A stretch of 25,199 bases of DNA from PVC group bacterium (GTDB lineage: Bacteria > Auribacterota > Erginobacteria > Erginobacterales > Erginobacteraceae): NCBI GenBank assembly GCA_043804695.1, contig JAZDIV010000011.1, positions 1 through 25,199 of the forward strand. Direction: 5' to 3'. Both the position numbers and the translations under genes were made by a program. The notes under the pieces are model-generated. The model ran no database searches and was not told where the DNA came from. It saw nothing but the letters and a program-made list of their open reading frames with translations. Shown here piece after piece: positions 17,929 through 25,199 of this stretch; positions within the stretch are counted from its first letter, which is position 1, and every line of letters starts with the position of its first letter.

Positions 17929-18537
17929 CTAAAAGGCGAAAAAGCCGCGGATCCCGTTGAGGACGCTGGTGACCGCGACCGAGGCCAGGATCAGGCCCAT
18001 GATCCGGCTGACCACGCTCGCTCCCGACTCCCCGATCACCCGCAGGATCCGCCGGGCCAGGAGCAGGAGGAGAAGCTGGATCGCCAGAACCGCCAGGATG
18101 ACGCCGGTGGTTTGCATCTGGTGGAAGATCGAAAAACGGTGATTATCGGTGAGGAGGACGACGGCCATCATGGCCCCGGGAGAGGCGATCGACGGCACCG
18201 CCAGGGGAAAGACCGCCGTCTCGCCGCTGCGCTGGAGCATATCGATCTCCTCTTCCGGCTTGCTCTCCCCAAAGATCATGGTGAGGGAGAAGATGAAGAG
18301 GACGATGCCGCCGGCGATCTGGAACGCGCTCAGGGGTATGTCCATCGCCTCGAGCAGGATCTGTCCGGCGACGATGAAGAATACCAGAATGAGGGCGGCG
18401 ATCGCCACCGCCCGGCAGGCGATCCGCGGGAGCTGCCCGGGGTCATGCCTCCGGGTGACGGCGATGAAAACGGGGACGGTCCCGATCGGGTCGATCACCG
18501 CCCACATGAGCACGAACGTCTGGATCAGTTCATCCAT
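17929..18537 (-). CDS. marC: MarC family membrane protein
   Basis: VIDPIGTVPVF, AFQIAGGIVLF, AVFPLAVPSIASPGA, SRIMGLILASVAV; start ATG 18537 with GGAG SD. Confidence 0.93.
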   Translation of the reverse strand: MDELIQTFVLMWAVIDPIGTVPVFIAVTRRHDPGQLPRIACRAVAIAALILVFFIVAGQILLEAMDIPLSAFQIAGGIVLFIFSLTMIFGESKPEEEIDMLQRSGETAVFPLAVPSIASPGAMMAVVLLTDNHRFSIFHQMQTTGVILAVLAIQLLLLLLARRILRVIGESGASVVSRIMGLILASVAVTSVLNGIRGFFAF

Positions 18538-18804
18538 GATGACGCTCTCCTGCCCTGCCGCATCCGGCATGAATTTTTCTTTCCGGCGCCGGAGAATCAG
18601 AACCGGAAAATTCCGGGCGATTATTTTATCTTATCGGCCGGAGAGTGGAAAGGAAAATATGCAGGACCGCTGCCTGCGGCAGCTTGTGATAACGCATCGA
18701 GCATGGCGCAGAGCGGGACCAGAGACAGAGCCCCGAAATAATCGGGATGCAAGCATAAGCTCTGCCATTACAGTTATTGAAATCCCCAAGCAGCAAATTA
18801 AGAT

Positions 18805-18834
18805 TTGCTTCCTTTCTCCGTATAATGCTATAGT
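18805..18834 (+). promoter_or_regulatory. Putative sigma70 promoter of the PLD gene
   Basis: TTGCTT-18 nt-TATAGT with extended -10 TG; a TATAAT also lies at 18821. Confidence 0.45.
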
Positions 18835-18841
18835 AACGGGG

Positions 18842-19918
18842 ATGAAAAAATCGGTGCTGATCGTCCCTGGTATCCTCCTGGCCCTGCTCTTCAGCGGGGT
18901 GACCGGCCCCCCGCTCCGCGGTCAGTCCCCCACCCCGCCCCCGCTGCTCATCAAGCCGGTCGTCAACCGCGAATACCTCCCCGCGGTCCTGGGGATGATC
19001 GAGGGCGCGCGGCGGTCGATCGACTTCATCCAGCTGGAGTTTCACTACGATCCCACCGTCAAGAAAATCCAGGACGCCCTGAAGGCGGCAGCGGCCCGGG
19101 GGGTCGCCGTCCGGGGGATTCTGGAGGATGATATCTCCTTCAACCCGAAAAGCAACACCTTCCTGAACCAGTTCGGCATCAAATCCACGCTCGACACCCC
19201 GAAAAAGGCGACTCACAACAAGCTCTTCATTGTCGACGGGGAGAAAGTTCTGATCGGTTCGACCAACCTCTCCGGAAACTCGATCGACAACAACAACGAA
19301 TCCAACGTGTACGTCGAGGACGCGCGCCTGGGCGCCTTCTTCACGGCCTACTTTGAAAATTTGCTCAAGGACAGTTTCGCCGAGCCGGAGCTGGAGACCC
19401 TGGAGATCCCGGGGATCCGGACCGTCGTCAACCGGCAGCATTTCGACGCCCTGCGGGGGATGCTGGACGGCGCCCGGAAGAGAGTCCGGGTCCTGATGTA
19501 CGGGATGAAGTACTATACCGGCCAGTACGCGGCCGACTCCAGGACCAACCGCCTGATCGACGCCCTGATCGATGCCCACAAGCGCAGCGTGGACGTGAAG
19601 GTCATCCTCGACCGGAGCAACTACAACCAGACCCTGAACCAGATCAATAAAGCCACCCGGACATACCTGGAAGCGGGAGGGGTGGAGGTCCGCGAGGACC
19701 CGGAGGCGGTCACCACCCACGCCAAGGTCGTGATCGCGGACGACCGGGTGATGATCGGGTCGGCCAACTGGGGTTACCTGGCCATGGACATCCGGAACGA
19801 ATCGAGCCTGATCGTCTCCGACCCGGCGACGGTTTCCTTCTTCGAGGATTACTTCATGAAGATCTGGGGGGAGAGCGCCCCGGTCCCGCCCTCACCCCCT
19901 AATTTAACAGACGATTGA
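18842..19918 (+). CDS. Exported phospholipase D superfamily protein (two HKD domains)
   Basis: MKKSVLIV signal peptide; HNKLFIVD..GSTN and HAKVVIAD..GSAN. Confidence 0.92.
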   Translation: MKKSVLIVPGILLALLFSGVTGPPLRGQSPTPPPLLIKPVVNREYLPAVLGMIEGARRSIDFIQLEFHYDPTVKKIQDALKAAAARGVAVRGILEDDISFNPKSNTFLNQFGIKSTLDTPKKATHNKLFIVDGEKVLIGSTNLSGNSIDNNNESNVYVEDARLGAFFTAYFENLLKDSFAEPELETLEIPGIRTVVNRQHFDALRGMLDGARKRVRVLMYGMKYYTGQYAADSRTNRLIDALIDAHKRSVDVKVILDRSNYNQTLNQINKATRTYLEAGGVEVREDPEAVTTHAKVVIADDRVMIGSANWGYLAMDIRNESSLIVSDPATVSFFEDYFMKIWGESAPVPPSPPNLTDD

Positions 19919-20131
19919 ATGTGATGGAATAGGATAAAAAATCTTCTTTATAATCGACTGTATGGGATTTTTTATACATAAAATCAAATTCATTCTTGAA
20001 CTTAGCGACTTCGGCGCAATTCATTCAGCCGCGAATCTCGTTAATATCCACTAAGGCAAAGCCCGAGTCGAACAGCATCATCTGAGCATCCGCGGTGTTC
20101 GAGAACCTGATCCGGCACTCCGCCGCCGGGC

Positions 20132-20653
20132 TTATTCTCGCCTGTTGTTTTCCTCAGTGCCCCGGCGTCTTCTCGGCGGACAGCCGCGGCGGCGGGGGAT
20201 TCTCTCTTCCAAAAGCTGTCTGATCGCGTCCTGAGCCGATGGCTCGATAAACCGCTTCGGGAGAAAGAAGTACGCCGCGGGGCTGAGGTAGAGCAGGAAT
20301 GTGTGTCTGGACTCCCTGAATCCGCTGAACGTGTCCCAGTGAGTGACGACCGGGTTTCCTTCATCATCCTCGGCGTGGAACCCGGCGACGTTCAGGCTGT
20401 AGGTCTTTTCTCCCCGGTGAGCGGACGGCGTCTGCTCCCAGTGACGCCGGAGATGGGTTCGCAGATAGATGGGACGTAAAACCACGGCATAGATGATAAC
20501 CAGCCCCGGGACAAGATAGGCCCGGGTAACCAGGCTGATGATAACCGCCATAATCACCAGAATAGACACGATCGCCAAAGTGCGGCGGCGGGAATGGTAT
20601 CGCTCCGCCTGGAGGTAGTCCTTGAAACCGGATTGGCCGGTGACGGTTATCAT
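20132..20653 (-). CDS. YcxB-like membrane protein
   Basis: Two TM helices followed by W..F..FRESRHTFLLYL....YFFLPKRF. Confidence 0.78.
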   Translation of the reverse strand: MITVTGQSGFKDYLQAERYHSRRRTLAIVSILVIMAVIISLVTRAYLVPGLVIIYAVVLRPIYLRTHLRRHWEQTPSAHRGEKTYSLNVAGFHAEDDEGNPVVTHWDTFSGFRESRHTFLLYLSPAAYFFLPKRFIEPSAQDAIRQLLEERIPRRRGCPPRRRRGTEENNRRE

Positions 20654-20657
20654 CTCA

Positions 20658-21641
20658 TTACAACCGTTGATCCTCTATATTCCCCTGTAAGAATCGCCCG
20701 ACTGTTCCCTTCCAGTCTTCCGGGAAGCGGGAAAGATACGGATCATGCCCGGTCCCCGGGAACTCCTTGAAAAATTTCGGCGCCGGGACGGCGGCAAAGA
20801 CTCTTCTCCCTTCTGCGACTCGAGCCCTCGGATCATCGGATCCGTGGAGAAAGAGAATCGGGCAGGAGACCGCCTCCGCGTAATCAACGGGATTATGTTC
20901 GAACCCGCTGAAGCCGTTCTGTTTTCCGCCCCAGTATACAATGAGTTCCGCTCCGGGAAAAGAGGGAATCCCCATCGAGTCAAACCGATTTCGAACGGTG
21001 TTCAGCATCGTGTCGAAGACGGACTCGACAATCACCGCGTCGGGCTTAATTCCTAGGCTGTGAACGGCGCGCAGGATGGCAGCCGATCCCATGGACCGGC
21101 CGAAGAGAATCAACCGGGAGAAAGACAGGTTCTCCCGCGCGTAGCGCACCGCCGCGGCCACATCCTCGGCCTCATCGAACCCGAAGGTCGTGTACGATTC
21201 CGATGATTCCCCGGACCCCCGGAAGTCAACCAGCAGAATGGAGAGGCCGAGTTCCTGGAAGGCTCTTGCCTCGGGCAGCAGGGAAGACTTCTCCCCGGCA
21301 TAACCGTGGAAGAGGATACAGAGAGCGCTTCCATTCTGGACCGGGCAATACCAGGCGCCGAGTTCAATACCCCCCGGGCAGGGGATTCTGAGGCTTTGGC
21401 ATCCCGCTTCCAGCGACGATGATACCCCCGTCACCCGGGGGCGGGGCGCGTTGATACCGAAGAAGAGCACATCCAACTTCCGACCGAGAGTCAATCTCTC
21501 GGGGCTGGGCGTGCGCGGCCCTCCTCCTGAATAGTGCATCATGGTCCGGGCGTGATTGTAGGCGAGGAGATTGAGCGCCAGAAAACCCGCGATCAATATT
21601 TCGATAACGATCAGCATTATCCGTTTCGATTTCCTACTCAT
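20658..21641 (-). CDS. Membrane-anchored alpha/beta hydrolase
   Basis: N-terminal TM helix, LFHGY, DFRGSGES, GRSMG nucleophile elbow, HGSDD, GTGH; likely start ATG 21641. Confidence 0.9.
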   Translation of the reverse strand: MSRKSKRIMLIVIEILIAGFLALNLLAYNHARTMMHYSGGGPRTPSPERLTLGRKLDVLFFGINAPRPRVTGVSSSLEAGCQSLRIPCPGGIELGAWYCPVQNGSALCILFHGYAGEKSSLLPEARAFQELGLSILLVDFRGSGESSESYTTFGFDEAEDVAAAVRYARENLSFSRLILFGRSMGSAAILRAVHSLGIKPDAVIVESVFDTMLNTVRNRFDSMGIPSFPGAELIVYWGGKQNGFSGFEHNPVDYAEAVSCPILFLHGSDDPRARVAEGRRVFAAVPAPKFFKEFPGTGHDPYLSRFPEDWKGTVGRFLQGNIEDQRL

Positions 21642-21832
21642 GGGCTGCCGTAATTGAATGTGTATGGCACCGGCAACGCGGCCGACGGGGCCCGGGGGGC
21701 AGTTGAACCGCGCCGGGCTGACGATAGCCGCCATGATAACCGGAATAGACACGACCACGGTGGCGCGACCATTAGGCCTGGTTCAGGCAGCGCTCCGCCG
21801 CGACGAGGATCGGGTCTTCGCATTCCCGGGCG

Positions 21833-22294
21833 CTATTTCGCGGCAATCGCGGAGATCTCCACCAGGACATCGCGCGGCAGACGCGCCGCCTGGACAGTCG
21901 CCCGCGCGGGCGGCCTGTTCTTGAAGTAGGCGCCGTATACGGCATTCATCCCGGTGAAGTCGTTCAGATCCTTGAGAAAGACCGAAGTGGACACGACGTC
22001 ATCCATCGTCATGCCGTTCGCGGCCAGCACCGCCTGGAGGTTCTCCAGCACCAGCCTGGTCTGGTCCTCGATGGAGCCGGTATTCAGCTGGTTGGTCCGG
22101 GGGTCGATCGGAATCTGCCCGGCCAGGAACAGCAGGTTGCCGAACTTGATGGCCTGCGAATAGGGCCCGATCGCCGCCGGGGCCGCCGCGGTGGAGATCA
22201 CTTCCTTGGCGAGGCGGGCGGCGCAGCCGGCCAAGCCGAGAGCCAGGAAGACCGCGGGCGCCGGCTTCAGAAGCCGAGATCTCCAAAAGCGCAT
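21833..22294 (-). CDS. ridA: RidA/YjgF family protein with lipoprotein-type signal peptide
   Basis: APAAIGPYSQA, LAGQIP, PPARATV (catalytic Arg), LVEI; N-terminus MRFWRSRLLKPAPAVFLALGLAGC. Start uncertain (in-frame ATGs at 22294, 22315, 22345, 22390). Confidence 0.88.
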   Translation of the reverse strand: MRFWRSRLLKPAPAVFLALGLAGCAARLAKEVISTAAAPAAIGPYSQAIKFGNLLFLAGQIPIDPRTNQLNTGSIEDQTRLVLENLQAVLAANGMTMDDVVSTSVFLKDLNDFTGMNAVYGAYFKNRPPARATVQAARLPRDVLVEISAIAAK

Positions 22295-22475
22295 CGCATT
22301 TCCACTTTCTGCCATGGCAGGTGTGCTGCGCCACAACTTCCGCATTAATGTCGCGCGGAGATCGTTTCTTCCGGTATTGATCGTAATCATGGGTTTAACT
22401 CTACCCGCTTTTTAAAACGCTGCAAAGAAAGAAATTCTTTCTACTTTATTACCAAGAAAATAGCGGTTTAATGAG

Positions 22476-22504
22476 TTGAAATCGGGAGGCCTAAAATATA
22501 AAAT
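22476..22504 (+). promoter_or_regulatory. Putative sigma70 promoter
   Basis: TTGAAA-17 nt-TAAAAT in an AT-rich intergenic region. Confidence 0.6.
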
Positions 22505-22516
22505 TCCGCCCGGGCG

Positions 22517-22585
22517 AAGAAGTACCGCACACTCATCCTTGAATACGTCAAGGACTACGTGCCTTTGAACCAGTTTGCCGCCTGA
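22517..22585 (+). pseudogene. 3'-terminal remnant of a type I-like restriction (HsdR/helicase) gene
   Basis: Reads KKYRTLILEYVKDYVPLNQFAA-stop, 2 nt before the next ATG, with no start codon. I recall this as the C-terminus of EcoEI-like HsdR proteins; not searched. Confidence 0.55.
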
Positions 22586-22587
22586 CC

Positions 22588-23262
22588 ATGGATACAGAAC
22601 CTCTCATCCCGAAGCATGGCGGTTACCGGAAACTGAAGAGTTTCCAGGTGGCGCAACTGATCTATGACGTCACGGTGCGGTTCTGCGACCGGTACATCGA
22701 CAGGCGCAGTCGTACCCGCGACCAGATGGTGCAGGCGGCCCGATCGGGCGTGCAAAATATCGCCGAAGGGAGCCAGGCCTCGGGAACCTCGAAAAAAACC
22801 GAGATCAAGCTCACCAACGTGGCACGGGCCAGCCTGGAAGAGCTGCGGCTTGACTACGAGGATTTTCTGCGCCAGCACGGCCTGCCGATCTGGGATCGCA
22901 ACGATCCCCGCCGGCAAAGCCTGATCGACCGCCGGTGTGCCACTGCCGATGAAGTGGCGGCCTGGGTGCGGGAAGAGCATGATTGTGGACGAGGTGGACA
23001 GAGTGGACCCGGTGGACAAAGCTTATCTACCCCGTCCACCAAGTCCACCCCGTCCACTTACCCCGAACTTGCCGCCAACGCCGCACTGGTGCTGCTGGCG
23101 GTTGCCTGCAGCCTGCTCGACCGCCAACTCGCCGCACAGGCTAAGGCGTTTGAAACCGAGGGCGGCTTCACCGAGCGCCTCTACCGCGTGCGCTCAGAAA
23201 AGCGCTCAGCGCACCCTCCGTCCACCCGGTCCACCAGGTCCACCCCGTCCACTAAAGATTGA
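22588..23262 (+). CDS. Four-helix-bundle protein (23S rRNA IVS protein/Avd-like) with four-helix-bundle suffix domain
   Basis: GGYRKLKSFQ, DQMVQAARSGVQNIAEGS, KLTNVARASLEELRLDYEDFLRQ, F.TEGGFTERLYRVR. Confidence 0.92.
   Translation: MDTEPLIPKHGGYRKLKSFQVAQLIYDVTVRFCDRYIDRRSRTRDQMVQAARSGVQNIAEGSQASGTSKKTEIKLTNVARASLEELRLDYEDFLRQHGLPIWDRNDPRRQSLIDRRCATADEVAAWVREEHDCGRGGQSGPGGQSLSTPSTKSTPSTYPELAANAALVLLAVACSLLDRQLAAQAKAFETEGGFTERLYRVRSEKRSAHPPSTRSTRSTPSTKD
22985..23252. repeat. 9-nt-period GTGGAC/GTCCAC repeat arrays inside the four-helix-bundle gene
   Basis: GTGGAC at 22985, 22994, 23003, 23012; GTCCAC at 23034, 23043, 23052 and at 23220, 23229, 23238, 23247. Confidence 0.9.
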
Positions 23263-23270
23263 GGAGATTC

Positions 23271-23318
23271 ATGCTCGACACCGGCACCAAACGCCGCATC
23301 GACACCGCCCGCGACATC
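23271..23318 (+). pseudogene. 5'-terminal remnant of an N6 DNA methyltransferase (HsdM-like) gene
   Basis: GAGGAG SD, then MLDTGTKRRIDTARDI, which I recall as the N-terminus of type I-like methylases; similarity stops after 16 codons. Not searched. Confidence 0.55.
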
Positions 23319-23399
23319 CGCCCCGGCTTCGACCTTGCCGGTGTCGCCGATCGTCCAGAGAGCGGCAGCATCCGCACGCTGCCTGAGGCGCTGAAATAC

Positions 23400-24911
23400 G
23401 TGAACAGAGCGGCTTTTATCTTTCTCATAGCCTTATTTCTCGACGCCTGCGGGGCTGAAGAAGCCCTGGATGAAGGGCCGCCGCTCACCCGGCCGGAGAT
23501 CAGGGCGGGGGCGGTGAGGCGGCTGAGCCAGACGGAGGCGGGAGGCTACCGGACGGTCCGGGAAGGAGAGCCGGGTCCCGGGATCCTCCTCACCTTCCCG
23601 CCCGTGGAATATGCGGAGATCCCCGAGGGGGCGGTCCGCCTGGCCGGGCGCGTTGAGCCGGAGGTCGGGGTACTGATTAACGGCGAACCGGTAACGGTCT
23701 ATCCCACCGGCTCTTTTGCCGCCCTCGTCCCGCTTGCCCCCGGGGAGAATACCGTCACGGTCGCCGCCCGCGATCCCGGCGGGGAGACCGCCTATCCCCT
23801 GAAGATCACCCGGAAGAAAGATCAATCCCCCGCCGCCGCCAAGCTCACCCCCTTCAAACACCCCCGGTCCGGCCGGGTCATCAAACCTAACGCCGCCCTT
23901 TACCTGATCCCGGAGGGAGCCCGGCTCTTCACGCTTTTAGAAGGCGCGGTCCTGCAAGCAACCGGCCGGGAAGGCAACCACCTCCGGGTCGATTTAGGGG
24001 GCGGCCTCACCGGCCGGGTTCTCCGTGATGAGGTCGAGCTGGGGCAAAACGCGCCGGAGGAACCGTTCCGGGTCGGGGACGTGGAGTTCGATCTTGCCCG
24101 CTCCCGGGCCCGGTTCGCTCTTCAGACCGCGGTCCCGGCCCGGGTGGAGTATCTTTCGCCGGACAAATGTGATCTGATCTTCTACAACGCGGTGGCGGAC
24201 ACCCGGACAATCAACCTGGGCGACTGGGAGGGGTCCTGCACCTGGACCCAGGACGTCGACGGGCAGGCGGTCTTTCACCTCCGGGGCGGTCTTGACTTTT
24301 ACCGGTGGTCGCTGGAGTGGGAGAACGGCGGGTACAGTTTCCGCTGGGCCGGCCCGCCGGGAAAGGGGAAAAAGACCACCGTCTGTCTCGACCCCGGACA
24401 CGGCGGAGAAAACCGGGGGGCGGTCAGTTCGGGCGGGATCGCGGAAAAGGAGGCCAACCTGCGGCTGGCCAGGCGGGTGGCCGAGCGGCTGCGGCAGAAG
24501 GGGATCACCGTCGTTCTGACCCGGGAGGACGACCGCACGGTCGGCCTCGACGAGCGCGTCGGCAGCGCGCGCGAAAAGCAGGCCGATCTCTTCCTCTCGC
24601 TCCACTTCAACTCGGTCGACCTCGACCGCGACCCCCTGGATTCAACAGGGTGCACAGTCTTCTTTTACCACCCCCCCGCCCGGGAGCTGGCCGGCGATAT
24701 TTACCGGTCCTTGAAAAAGACCGGCCTGGCGGGACGCGGGGTCCGCCGGCAGAGCCTGGCCGTGATCCGACCGGCCGACCTGGTGGCGGCCCTGGTCGAG
24801 GTCGCCTACCTGTCGAACCCGGATGACGAGGCCCGGGTGATGGACCCCGCCTTCCGGGAGAAGGCCGCCCGGGCGATCGCCGACGGCGTCCTTGAATACC
24901 TGGAAAAATAA
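23400..24911 (+). CDS. N-acetylmuramoyl-L-alanine amidase (Amidase_3), probable lipoprotein with N-terminal beta-rich/SH3-like domains
   Basis: VCLDPGHGG, EKEANL, FLSLHFNS, ALVEVAYLSN. Likely GTG start at 23400 with signal FIFLIALFLDAC. Confidence 0.92.
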   Translation: MNRAAFIFLIALFLDACGAEEALDEGPPLTRPEIRAGAVRRLSQTEAGGYRTVREGEPGPGILLTFPPVEYAEIPEGAVRLAGRVEPEVGVLINGEPVTVYPTGSFAALVPLAPGENTVTVAARDPGGETAYPLKITRKKDQSPAAAKLTPFKHPRSGRVIKPNAALYLIPEGARLFTLLEGAVLQATGREGNHLRVDLGGGLTGRVLRDEVELGQNAPEEPFRVGDVEFDLARSRARFALQTAVPARVEYLSPDKCDLIFYNAVADTRTINLGDWEGSCTWTQDVDGQAVFHLRGGLDFYRWSLEWENGGYSFRWAGPPGKGKKTTVCLDPGHGGENRGAVSSGGIAEKEANLRLARRVAERLRQKGITVVLTREDDRTVGLDERVGSAREKQADLFLSLHFNSVDLDRDPLDSTGCTVFFYHPPARELAGDIYRSLKKTGLAGRGVRRQSLAVIRPADLVAALVEVAYLSNPDDEARVMDPAFREKAARAIADGVLEYLEK

Positions 24912-24956
24912 ATCAATGTAATATGGTTTTCCGGTACGGTATCATAATGTGAATCG

Positions 24957-24985
24957 TTGACATCGCATTCCCCCCGCTCTATTAT
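24957..24985 (+). promoter_or_regulatory. Near-consensus sigma70 promoter
   Basis: TTGACA-17 nt-TATTAT. Confidence 0.7.
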
Positions 24986-25036
24986 TTAGCAGCATAAATA
25001 TTGAGTACCCTGATGTCAGTAGCGGCAGCCTTTAGA

Positions 25037-25199
25037 GGCTGTCCGATAATTTGGATTTTAGGCATTTTAGAGGTCATTGCGAGGAGCGCAGCGACGAAGC
25101 AATCTCATCATTTTGGATAAGAGGTGGTTATGAATGAAAAAATAGATTGCTTCGCCCCTTCGGGGCTCGCAATGACATTTTAGGGTTTACCGGACAGCC
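25037..25199. mobile_element. MITE-like element enclosing a pair of REP-like palindromes (may extend past the window end)
   Basis: Outer inverted repeat GGCTGTCCGATAA (25037-25049) / TTACCGGACAGCC (25187-25199), 12/13 match. Inner inverted pair GTCATTGCGAG..CGAAGCAATCT (25073-25105) / AGATTGCTTCG..CTCGCAATGAC (25144-25176). Confidence 0.75.

Noticed and set aside
22588..23262. Four-helix-bundle gene as DGR accessory Avd or rRNA intervening sequence
   Set aside because: No reverse transcriptase, template repeat or rRNA sequence nearby.

Overview
GC-rich bacterial DNA with about 16 protein-coding genes. I could not support any rRNA, tRNA, CRISPR array or intact transposase. The left part (1-5857) has three exported proteins with unrelated N-terminal domains: a beta-lactamase-family serine hydrolase missed by the ORF track, a YCF48/BNR beta-propeller, and an Ntn linear-amide hydrolase. 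All three carry the same C-terminal module of 40-aa FG-GAP/VCBS-like repeats; the two complete genes have six repeats and end in PVTR-stop. Next is an AT-richer island (~5860-10240) with a RecQ-PRTase helicase plus a DprA-like gene (RqlH/RqlI-type pair), a broken wHTH-nucleotidyltransferase and a nested stack of MITE/REP-like repeats. A minus-strand cluster follows: marC, an atypical P-type ATPase, a sulfatase, anSME and a secreted GH15-like protein. The right part has a PLD-family protein, a YcxB-like protein, an alpha/beta hydrolase, a RidA with a lipoprotein signal, a four-helix-bundle gene between apparent stumps of hsdR and hsdM, an Amidase_3 lipoprotein and a second MITE/REP composite at the window edge. 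Family calls come from motifs read by eye; no database searches were run.
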